Shown one piece after another: positions 45,450 to 53,052 of a DNA stretch of 64,000 nt. The stretch spans positions 19,614 through 83,613 of the forward strand of contig JAFWVJ010000022.1 in NCBI GenBank assembly GCA_017518295.1, read 5' to 3'. A model generated the notes under the pieces. It searched no databases, was not told the origin of the DNA, and was given only the letters and a program-made list of their open reading frames with translations. Position numbers and translations under genes: made by a program. The stretch's first letter is position 1. Each line of letters opens with the position of its first letter. This DNA is from Clostridia bacterium (lineage in GTDB: Bacteria; Bacillota; Clostridia; TANB77; UBA1234).

Positions 45450-45944
45450 ATGGCTGAATTAAGAGATTTGTATGATATAAATAGTAATAAGACAGATAAA
45501 ACATATATGAAAGGTGATCCGATTCCCGAAGGTTATTATCCAATGGTGGTAATGGTTGTTATTAGAAATTCTAAAGGTGAATTTTTAATGCAAAAAAGAG
45601 TGGAATCTAAAGGTGGAGATTGGGGAGTAACTGGTGGTCACCCTAAATCTGGAGAAACGCCTATGGAAGGTATTATTACCGAAGTTAAAGAAGAATTAGG
45701 ATTAGATTTTTCTAATGAAAGATTTGTTGAATATGATTCTGGTTGTGACGGAAAAGATTGTTACAAGATGTATTTTGTTACTAAAGATATAGATATTAGC
45801 GAAATCACAATTCAAGAGGAAGAGTTAAGTGAAGTAAGATGGTTTACCATGGATGAATTAAAAAGTATGGTAGAGTCTGGCGAACTAAACGAAGACCAAA
45901 TCGCATGCTTTAATAAAGTGTGCAAGTTTCTTGGTCGCAAATGA
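45450..45944 (+). CDS. Nudix hydrolase (paralog of the C-terminal domain of 50923..51918)
   Basis: Nudix box GGHPKSGETPMEGIITEVKEELG; about 85 percent nucleotide identity to 51437-51918. Confidence 0.85.
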   Translation: MAELRDLYDINSNKTDKTYMKGDPIPEGYYPMVVMVVIRNSKGEFLMQKRVESKGGDWGVTGGHPKSGETPMEGIITEVKEELGLDFSNERFVEYDSGCDGKDCYKMYFVTKDIDISEITIQEEELSEVRWFTMDELKSMVESGELNEDQIACFNKVCKFLGRK

Positions 45945-45970
45945 TTCTTGGGACAGGTCTCAAAATCATT
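45940..45970. repeat. Palindromic element copy 10 (opposite orientation), overlapping the TGA stop of Nudix gene 45450..45944 and preceding the truncated kinase fragment
   Basis: aatgattcttgggacaggtctcaaaatcatt. Confidence 0.8.
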
Positions 45971-46003
45971 CTTATGATATAATTACTGTTGGAGATGATA
46001 CAA

Positions 46004-46147
46004 ATGTCAAAATTATATATTATTACTGGTCCTGCTGGAGTGGGCAAGAGTACTATTTCAAAAAAGATTGCAGAGAGCCTTTCTAAATCGGTTTTAATTG
46101 AAGGTGATGATATTTATAGTCAAGTTATAGAGATTAAAAGGAGATGA
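46004..46147 (+). pseudogene. Truncated duplicate of P-loop kinase gene 48515..49024 (first about 45 codons only)
   Basis: About 95 percent nucleotide identity over about 105 bp to 48530-48640, then diverges and stops at the amylase RBS. Confidence 0.6.
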
Positions 46148-46154
46148 ATTTGTT

Positions 46155-47627
46155 TTGGAAGAAAATAATTTAAATAAAACTATGATGCAATATTTTGAAT
46201 GGTATCTTCCAAAAAATTGTGATTTATGGAATAAATTATCTAAAGAAGCAGTTAGTATCGCAAGCGCCGGCATTACATCAGTGTGGCTTCCTCCAGCATA
46301 TAAGGGAGCAGGAGGCAATCAAGATACTGGTTACGGTGTATATGATATGTATGATTTGGGAGAGTTTCTACAAAAAGGTTCTATTGGTACCAAATATGGA
46401 ACTCGTGAAGAATATTTGAATGCTATTAAAATTTTGAGAGCAAATAATATAGAAGTTATTGCAGATATTGTTTTAAATCATAAAATGGGTGCCGATAGTA
46501 CCGAAAAAGTTTTTGCATATAAAATGGATTCTAAAAATAGAAATAATAGAGTTGGAAAATTAAGAGAAATAGAAGCTTATACTAAATTTGATTTCTCTGA
46601 AAGATATAATAAATATTCATCTTTTAAATGGGATTCATCACACTTTGATGGCGTTGATTATGATGCAAAAAACAAACAGACTGGAATATTTTTGTTCTAT
46701 GGAAAATCATGGGATAAGGACGTTGATTTAGAAAATGGTAATTACGACTATTTGATGGGTGCAGATGTTGATTTCAATAATGTTGAAGTTATCGAAGAAT
46801 TCATTAATTGGGGAGTATGGTATGTCAATACAACTAATATAGATGGATTTAGACTAGATGCAGTAAAACATATTAGAGCTGAGTTTTTTAAAGAGTGGTT
46901 AGAAAAAGTCGAAGAACGAGTTGGGAAAAACCTTTATTGTGTAGGTGAGTATTGGTCTACATATCGAGATGCATTAGAATATTTTATCAATAAAAATGAT
47001 GAAAGAATTCAGGTGTTTGATGTGCCACTTCATTATAATTTATATGAAGCATCCAAACAGCATGAAAAATATGATCTTAAAAATATATTTAAAGGAACAT
47101 TAGTACAAAGTATGCCTAAAATGGCTGTGACTTTTGTTGATAATCATGATAGCGAAATTGGTCAATCACTTGAATCTTTTGTTGAAGATTGGTTTAAACC
47201 ATTAGCTTATGCATTAATCTTACTTAGAAACCAAGGGCTACCTTGTGTTTTTTATGGAGATTATTATGGCATTGAAAAATATAATTTTAAGGGTTTCAAA
47301 CTCTTAATTGAAAGAATGTTATCTATTAGAAGAAAATATGTGTATGGTACTCAAAATGATTATTTTAATGATAGAGGATTAATAGGTTGGACATTAGAAG
47401 GTGATCCATACGGAAAAGGATATGGTTGTGCAGTTGTTTTATCTAATAAACCAGGAATTCATACAAAGAAAATGTTTATTGGAGAAAGATATGCTCATGA
47501 AAAATTTGTAGATATTTTAGGTTACATGCCAAAGCCAATATATATCGATGCAAATGGTTATGGACAATTTAAATGTGACGGTATTTCAGTTTCGTGCTGG
47601 GTTCGAGAAGAAAGCATTTTTGATTAA
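46155..47627 (+). CDS. Cytoplasmic alpha-amylase (GH13)
   Basis: MQYFEWYLP N-terminus, GFRLDAVKH catalytic-region motif, FVDNHD; no signal peptide; start ambiguous (TTG 46155 or ATG 46182). Confidence 0.9.
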   Translation: MEENNLNKTMMQYFEWYLPKNCDLWNKLSKEAVSIASAGITSVWLPPAYKGAGGNQDTGYGVYDMYDLGEFLQKGSIGTKYGTREEYLNAIKILRANNIEVIADIVLNHKMGADSTEKVFAYKMDSKNRNNRVGKLREIEAYTKFDFSERYNKYSSFKWDSSHFDGVDYDAKNKQTGIFLFYGKSWDKDVDLENGNYDYLMGADVDFNNVEVIEEFINWGVWYVNTTNIDGFRLDAVKHIRAEFFKEWLEKVEERVGKNLYCVGEYWSTYRDALEYFINKNDERIQVFDVPLHYNLYEASKQHEKYDLKNIFKGTLVQSMPKMAVTFVDNHDSEIGQSLESFVEDWFKPLAYALILLRNQGLPCVFYGDYYGIEKYNFKGFKLLIERMLSIRRKYVYGTQNDYFNDRGLIGWTLEGDPYGKGYGCAVVLSNKPGIHTKKMFIGERYAHEKFVDILGYMPKPIYIDANGYGQFKCDGISVSCWVREESIFD

Positions 47628-47836
47628 AAAACTAATTCTAATTTTACTAGGAAGTTTTTGATGGATATGTAAATATATAAGTAATCTTATATTTGTTATA
47701 TCATATCAGAAAGTAATCGGGGACTATAACCATTTTCATAAAGGAATGAAACCTCATACGCATCATGGAGCAATACATAATGAAAATGATGGACCGAAAG
47801 GTGCTACAAATTTGACAACCAAAGAAAGATAAATGG

Positions 47837-47865
47837 TTGAAAGAGTCAATAAGATTTGGTATAAT
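47837..47865 (+). promoter_or_regulatory. Sigma-A-type promoter driving the tRNA-like small transcript
   Basis: TTGAAA-17 bp-TATAAT. Confidence 0.6.
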
Positions 47866-47873
47866 TATATCAA

Positions 47874-47940
47874 TAGGTAGGAGTTAGTGTGGAAAAACAC
47901 TCATTTATGAGAGTTCTGGGTTCGAGTCCTAGCTATCTAT
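47874..47940 (+). other. tRNA-like fragment (acceptor stem, T-arm GGTTCGAGTCC, no canonical anticodon or D arm) with its own promoter and terminator
   Basis: 7-bp acceptor pairing taggtag/ctatcta; T-arm ctggg-ttcgagt-cctag; about 66 nt, too short for a cloverleaf and with no 5-7-5 anticodon arm. Confidence 0.4.
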
Positions 47941-47944
47941 TATA

Positions 47945-47970
47945 GACACTGTAAAAGGTGTCTTTTTTTG
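47945..47970 (+). terminator. Intrinsic terminator ending the tRNA-like transcript
   Basis: agacactgtaaaaggtgtct plus T7. Confidence 0.8.
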
Positions 47971-48024
47971 ATTAAGCAGATGAGTTATAATAAAAAAGGA
48001 TAATTATTATAAGAGGTTTGTTTT

Positions 48025-48489
48025 ATGATTAAAGTTTTATTTGTTTGCCTTGGCAATATTTGTCGTTCACCAATGGCAGAGATGATGTTTAAAGATTTTG
48101 TTAAAAAGCATGGTATGCAAAATAAATTTCATATTGAGTCATGTGCAACTAGTTACGAAGAAGAAGGTAATGGTTTGCATTATGGGGCGATAGATATTTT
48201 AAATCGTCATAACATTCATATAGATCCTCACAAAGCTCATCGTTTGCAAAAATCAGATTACGATAAGTTTGATTATTTAATCGGTATGGAAGAGAGCAAT
48301 ATATATAACATTATGCGAATAATTGATGAAGATCCTAAGCACAAAGTTTATCGTTTGTTAGATTTTTCAAATAATCCAAGAGATATTACAGATCCTTGGT
48401 ATACAGGAAACTTTGTTAAGACTTATGATGATTTGCAAGAAGGTTTAAATGCTTTTTTAACAAGTATAATATCTAAAATTAATGATTAA
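48025..48489 (+). CDS. Low-molecular-weight protein-tyrosine phosphatase
   Basis: CLGNICRSP P-loop motif; DP motif (DITDPWY). Confidence 0.85.
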   Translation: MIKVLFVCLGNICRSPMAEMMFKDFVKKHGMQNKFHIESCATSYEEEGNGLHYGAIDILNRHNIHIDPHKAHRLQKSDYDKFDYLIGMEESNIYNIMRIIDEDPKHKVYRLLDFSNNPRDITDPWYTGNFVKTYDDLQEGLNAFLTSIISKIND

Positions 48490-48514
48490 TAAAATTTTAA
48501 AGGAGGCAAAAATC

Positions 48515-49024
48515 ATGCCAACCCTATACATTATTACTGGCCCTGCTGGAGTGGGTAAGAGTACAATTTCAAAAAAGATTGCAGAGAGCCTTTCTAAATC
48601 GGTTTTAATAGAAGGTGACGATATATATAACCATGTTGTAGGTAGCTATGTTTCACCTTGGAAAGAAGGCAATCACTTAGATATTTTTTGGAAGGTTTCT
48701 GTTGATGTTATTAAAGATTATTTAGATGCAGGTTATGATGTAGTTTTTAATTATATTATAAATCCTTCAAATCTAAATTTTCTAAAGCAAAGTTTAAAAG
48801 ACTACAATAAAAGATTTATAGTTTTACTAGTTGATGAAGAGACTTTGCTTAAAAGAGATGCTATGCGTCCGGAAGATTGTCAGATGAAAGAACGCTGCAT
48901 TGTGCTTTTAAATCATTTTAAAGAGCATAATTACGATGAAAAGTTTATTATAGATACTGGTAAGACTAGTATAGAAGATTCAGCTAAACAAGCTATAGAA
49001 GGTGATAGATTTTTAATGATATAA
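48515..49024 (+). CDS. P-loop NTPase / small-molecule kinase-like protein
   Basis: Walker A GPAGVGKST; ATG 48515 with AAAGGAGG RBS preferred over ORF-track 48482. Confidence 0.65.
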   Translation: MPTLYIITGPAGVGKSTISKKIAESLSKSVLIEGDDIYNHVVGSYVSPWKEGNHLDIFWKVSVDVIKDYLDAGYDVVFNYIINPSNLNFLKQSLKDYNKRFIVLLVDEETLLKRDAMRPEDCQMKERCIVLLNHFKEHNYDEKFIIDTGKTSIEDSAKQAIEGDRFLMI

Positions 49025-49130
49025 TACTCATATAAAAAGTTGAAAGGAGTTTTTTATAGAAATCAAAGCTATTAATTTTAGAGAAGGTGGATTTGCTACT
49101 CAGCCATTTGCATTTGGTGGAGAAGACGGA

Positions 49131-50015
49131 ATGGATAAATTTGATAAATCTATCAAATACCGTTCTGGACTTACCAATTATTTATTAGATACAGGAGATG
49201 AAGTTATCCTTGTAGATACTGGATTACCTTTTGGTACTCCAGAAGAGATACCAGATGAAAACACTCCTATATATACTGGAAAAGATATTTCTAGTTATAT
49301 GGATGCTTTTAAAGCACTTGGTTACAAACCGGAAGATGTTACTAAGATTCTTTTAACTCACAGACACGTAGATCATTCTGGAGAATTAAAAAGTTTTCCA
49401 AATGCCAAGATATACGTTAACGAAGAAGAATTAGATTCAGAAGAATTAAAAGGAATAGAAAATATTGTTCCTGTCAAATTCACAGATGGTGCTTATTATA
49501 ACTTCCCAGAAAGTCAAAAGATAGCTGATGGAGTTTATTATATAAAAGCTAAAGGTCATATTAAAGGAAATAGTATTGTTATAGTAGAAAATGATGGACT
49601 ATTATACATGATTCATGGAGATATCACTTATACAGATGAAGCTTTGTATGAAAATAAACTTTCAATAGTTTTTGATGATAAAGAAGCTGCTAGAGTAACT
49701 TTAGATAGAGTTCGTGAATTTATATCTAACCATCCAACAGTATATCTTTCAACTCATACTCCTTTAGGTCATGAAAATCTAGAAAATAAAAAAGTGGTTG
49801 ATTTAAATAATCCTCCAGAAACAATTCCTGTAGGTGAGGTTGTTTTTAAAACTGCAACTGGTAAATATGTTTGTTCAATTTGTGGTTATGTGTATGCCCC
49901 TGAAGTAGGTGATCCAAGTAATGGTATTCCTGCTGGTACAAGATTTGAAGATTTGCCAGAAGATTGGCATTGCCCAAGATGTAAGCAAGGAAAAGATAAG
50001 TTTAATAGAGCATAA
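49131..50015 (+). CDS. MBL-fold metallo-hydrolase fused to a C-terminal rubredoxin domain
   Basis: HxHxDH (THRHVDHSG); rubredoxin CxxCG...CPxC (CSICGY...CPRCKQG). The frame is open upstream to an ATA codon at ideal RBS spacing (see findings). Confidence 0.8.
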   Translation: MDKFDKSIKYRSGLTNYLLDTGDEVILVDTGLPFGTPEEIPDENTPIYTGKDISSYMDAFKALGYKPEDVTKILLTHRHVDHSGELKSFPNAKIYVNEEELDSEELKGIENIVPVKFTDGAYYNFPESQKIADGVYYIKAKGHIKGNSIVIVENDGLLYMIHGDITYTDEALYENKLSIVFDDKEAARVTLDRVREFISNHPTVYLSTHTPLGHENLENKKVVDLNNPPETIPVGEVVFKTATGKYVCSICGYVYAPEVGDPSNGIPAGTRFEDLPEDWHCPRCKQGKDKFNRA

Positions 50016-50089
50016 TTTATTGTGGTTGACATAATTTTAAATCTGTGATAGAATACTCTCGAATTAAAATATTTTAGGAGGTGCAACTC

Positions 50090-50533
50090 TTGGTAGACAA
50101 GCAACGGGTGAAAATTGAAAAGTCTCCACGGTTTCAAGATAGTAAGGTGATAGAAAATAAAACTTATGAGAACCTTGCTATTGAAGCGTATTTTCATGGT
50201 ATGTGTGGCTATCTTGCTTTTAGGAATGTTACTTTCAAAAATTGTGATTTTGTTGAAAGGCCTCACGCAGCTTCTTTTTTCGATTGTGTTAACTTTGAAG
50301 GATGTACTTTTGAAAACTGTCATTTTAAAGAAACACAAATTCGTTGGTCTTACTTTAAAAAGTGCAAGTTTATCGGATGTACTGGCTCCTTTGGTTGGTT
50401 TTATGGTGTTCGCTTTTATAAAAGCTGCACATATGAAGCAACCCATATAAACATTTTGAATCCAACTAGCTATGTTGGTTATTTCAATTTGTACAAAGGA
50501 GTTAGACAGGCACCAGCTTTTATTGGGGAATAA
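50090..50533 (+). CDS. Pentapeptide-repeat protein
   Basis: Repeated A[DN]LxF-like units (FKNCDFVE, FEGCTFENCHF, FKKCKFIGC); TTG 50090 with AGGAGGTG RBS. Confidence 0.6.
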   Translation: MVDKQRVKIEKSPRFQDSKVIENKTYENLAIEAYFHGMCGYLAFRNVTFKNCDFVERPHAASFFDCVNFEGCTFENCHFKETQIRWSYFKKCKFIGCTGSFGWFYGVRFYKSCTYEATHINILNPTSYVGYFNLYKGVRQAPAFIGE

Positions 50534-50572
50534 ATTCCTCAATGAAAAATAAAAAATTTGGAGGTATCAACT

Positions 50573-50827
50573 ATGAGTCTCAACAGCAATGATCGTGTCG
50601 GCCGGTTTGAATTCATGAGGGTTTTCGGTAGCGGTTGCTTTCCCTGCAATTGTCACAATAACCGGTTTGCCCTGGAATCTTATAACGTAAGTTACAAGGT
50701 CCAGAGCCCCTACGACAATCCGCAGAAGATTACCGAAATCCACGTCTACTGTAACGAGTGCTCCAAGCGCAAGACCTTTAATGTTGAATCCAAGGGTCTC
50801 ACTGAATTTGATGTAAGTGGTCTTTAA
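50573..50827 (+). CDS. Small Cys-rich protein, G+C-rich gene of apparently foreign composition
   Basis: RBS GGAGG spacing 8; CxxC...CxxC; clearly G+C-rich relative to flanks; strong terminator follows. Confidence 0.45.
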   Translation: MSLNSNDRVGRFEFMRVFGSGCFPCNCHNNRFALESYNVSYKVQSPYDNPQKITEIHVYCNECSKRKTFNVESKGLTEFDVSGL

Positions 50828-50828
50828 T

Positions 50829-50866
50829 AAAAGGGCTCCTATACTTTTGTATAGGAGTCCTTTTTG
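50829..50866 (+). terminator. Intrinsic terminator
   Basis: gggctcctatacttttgtataggagtcc plus TTTTT. Confidence 0.8.
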
Positions 50867-50922
50867 TATTTATTTATAATTATATTTAGTGATATAATAA
50901 AGCCGACTTAGGAGGTGCTAAT

Positions 50923-51918
50923 TTGAAACACAAAATTTTTAATGAAGATAATTTAAAAGATGAAGATATGGATGGCTCTGTTGTTAGAGTTAAAGCTTTT
51001 ATCATTAATAATAATGACGAAGTTATTATGGCTTCGTCTAATGGTGGTGTTCAATTAATTGGCGGACATGTCGAAGATGGAGAGTCAGAAGTTGAAACTC
51101 TAAAGCGTGAGATATTAGAAGAAGCTGGTATCGAAGTTTCAAATGAAGAAATTTCGAATGTCTTTTACGAAGTTAGGCACTATACAAAAAATTATTATAA
51201 TTCTGGTAAAAACGTTTTATCTATAATTCATTATTATTTAGTTCATACAGATAAATCTCCAAATCTAGAAAAAGTGCATCGCACAAGTCAAGAAAAAAGA
51301 TATGCTTTTGAATTAAAATATATTCCTTTAGATTCTTTTGAAGAAGTTTTAAGCGAATATCTTAATAACGACAAAGAAATAAACAGAATAATTGCTGCTG
51401 AAACTATAGAAGCATTTAAAAATATTCCTGAGCTAAGAGATTTGTATGATATAAACAGTAATAAAACAGATAAAACATATAGAAAAGGTGATAAGGTTCC
51501 TGAAGGTTATTATCCTATGGTAGTTATGGTTGTAATTAGAAATTCTAAGGGCGAATTTTTAATGCAAAAAAGAGTAGAGTCTAAAGGCGGAGATTGGGGA
51601 GTAACAGGTGGTCATCCAAAATCTGGAGAAACTCCTATTGAAGGAATAATTACCGAAGTAAAAGAAGAATTAGGATTAGATTTTTCTAATGAGAATTTTA
51701 TCGAATATGATTCTGGTTGTGATGGAAAAGATTGCTACAAGATGTACTTTGTTACAAAAGATGTAGATATAAACGACATCAAAATTCAAGAAGAAGAGCT
51801 TACTGAAGTTAGATGGTTTACTATGGATGAACTAAAAAGCATGGTAGATTCTGGAGAATTAAATGAAGATCAAATAGCATGCTTTAATAAAGTGTGTGAT
51901 TTTTTAAATAAAAAATAA
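50923..51918 (+). CDS. Tandem double Nudix-domain hydrolase
   Basis: TTG start with GGAGG RBS; two Nudix boxes (GGHVEDGESEVETLKREILEEAG and GGHPKSGETPIEGIITEVKEELG). Confidence 0.8.
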   Translation: MKHKIFNEDNLKDEDMDGSVVRVKAFIINNNDEVIMASSNGGVQLIGGHVEDGESEVETLKREILEEAGIEVSNEEISNVFYEVRHYTKNYYNSGKNVLSIIHYYLVHTDKSPNLEKVHRTSQEKRYAFELKYIPLDSFEEVLSEYLNNDKEINRIIAAETIEAFKNIPELRDLYDINSNKTDKTYRKGDKVPEGYYPMVVMVVIRNSKGEFLMQKRVESKGGDWGVTGGHPKSGETPIEGIITEVKEELGLDFSNENFIEYDSGCDGKDCYKMYFVTKDVDINDIKIQEEELTEVRWFTMDELKSMVDSGELNEDQIACFNKVCDFLNKK

Positions 51919-51973
51919 TTTTAGAATAGATTTAAAAATATGGATTTGAAGAAGTTATTATAAGGAGGTTTTT

Positions 51974-53020
51974 ATGAAAATGATTTCAAAGATTATTTTA
52001 CCAATTATTTTTTCTATAATTATTACAGGTTGCAATGCAACTAATAATACGATTGAACCAGTTAAAGAAGAAGTAAAAGAAAGTAATGTTGAAGTTGTAA
52101 ATAAAGATACTAATACAGAAATTAAAGAAGAAAATAAAGTAGATAATAAAGAAGAGCAACCAGTTGATGAGAAAGATTTAGCTGTTGTGTATTTTTCGGT
52201 TACAGGTAATACAAAAACAGTTGCTGAATACATTAAATCTGAATTAGATGCAGATATTTTCGAAATTGTTCCAAAACAGCAATATGTAGATGCAGATTTA
52301 CAATATAATGATAGAAATACAAGGGCTACGAAAGAGCAAGACGATAAAACCTCTAGACCAGAAATAAAAAATGATATAGATATTTCTAAGTATGATACTA
52401 TTCTTTTGGGTTATCCAATTTGGTGGGGTGATTGCCCAAGGATTATTCAAACTTTTATAGAAACAGATAAACTAAATGGAAAAAATGTTATTCCATTTTG
52501 CACTTCTGGAAGCTCTGGCATATCTGGTAGTGAAAGCACGCTAAAACAATATAAAGATGTTAATTGGCAGCCTGGTAAAAGATTAACTACTTCTAAAGAT
52601 GAAGTTACTAATTGGGTAAGAAGCTTAGATATAAAAAGCTCTGATAAATCAAAGGAGAATAACAATTTGAATACAATTAAGATAGAAGTAAATAATAAAG
52701 AATTAATAGTTGAATTAGAAGAAAATGAGGCTACAAACGAATTAGTTCAAAAACTTAATTCTGGAAATGTAGTTGTAGAAGCAAATGAGTATGGCGGATT
52801 TGAAAAAGTGGGTTCACTAGGTTTTTCACTTACAAGAGAAGATAAACAAGTAACAACTAAGGCAGGTGATTTAGTGCTTTATCAAGGAAATCAAATTTCT
52901 TTATTTTATGATTCTAATTCATGGAGCTATACAAAGCTTGGAAAAGTTACCAATATGTCTGCTAATGAATTAAAAGAAGTTTTGGGTAGTGGAGATGTTA
53001 CTCTAACATTGAAAAAATAA
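51974..53020 (+). CDS. Lipoprotein with flavodoxin-like and cyclophilin-like (non-PPIase) domains
   Basis: Lipobox ITGC; flavodoxin motif SVTGNTK; C-terminal cyclophilin-like family block. Confidence 0.65.
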   Translation: MKMISKIILPIIFSIIITGCNATNNTIEPVKEEVKESNVEVVNKDTNTEIKEENKVDNKEEQPVDEKDLAVVYFSVTGNTKTVAEYIKSELDADIFEIVPKQQYVDADLQYNDRNTRATKEQDDKTSRPEIKNDIDISKYDTILLGYPIWWGDCPRIIQTFIETDKLNGKNVIPFCTSGSSGISGSESTLKQYKDVNWQPGKRLTTSKDEVTNWVRSLDIKSSDKSKENNNLNTIKIEVNNKELIVELEENEATNELVQKLNSGNVVVEANEYGGFEKVGSLGFSLTREDKQVTTKAGDLVLYQGNQISLFYDSNSWSYTKLGKVTNMSANELKEVLGSGDVTLTLKK

Positions 53021-53052
53021 ATAGTATATATAGCAAGGGAGATAGTTTTAAA

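Noticed and set aside
24638-45970. Reading the element as a sigma-54 promoter (TGGAC-N5-CCAAA) or as an intrinsic terminator
   Set aside because: It does not match TGGCAC-N5-TTGCA. As RNA the A- and U-tracts pair with each other and leave no free U-tail, so it is not a canonical rho-independent terminator
47874-47940. Complete tRNA gene
   Set aside because: Only the acceptor and T-arm can be formed. The length of about 66 nt and the absence of a 5-7-5 anticodon arm exclude a canonical tRNA
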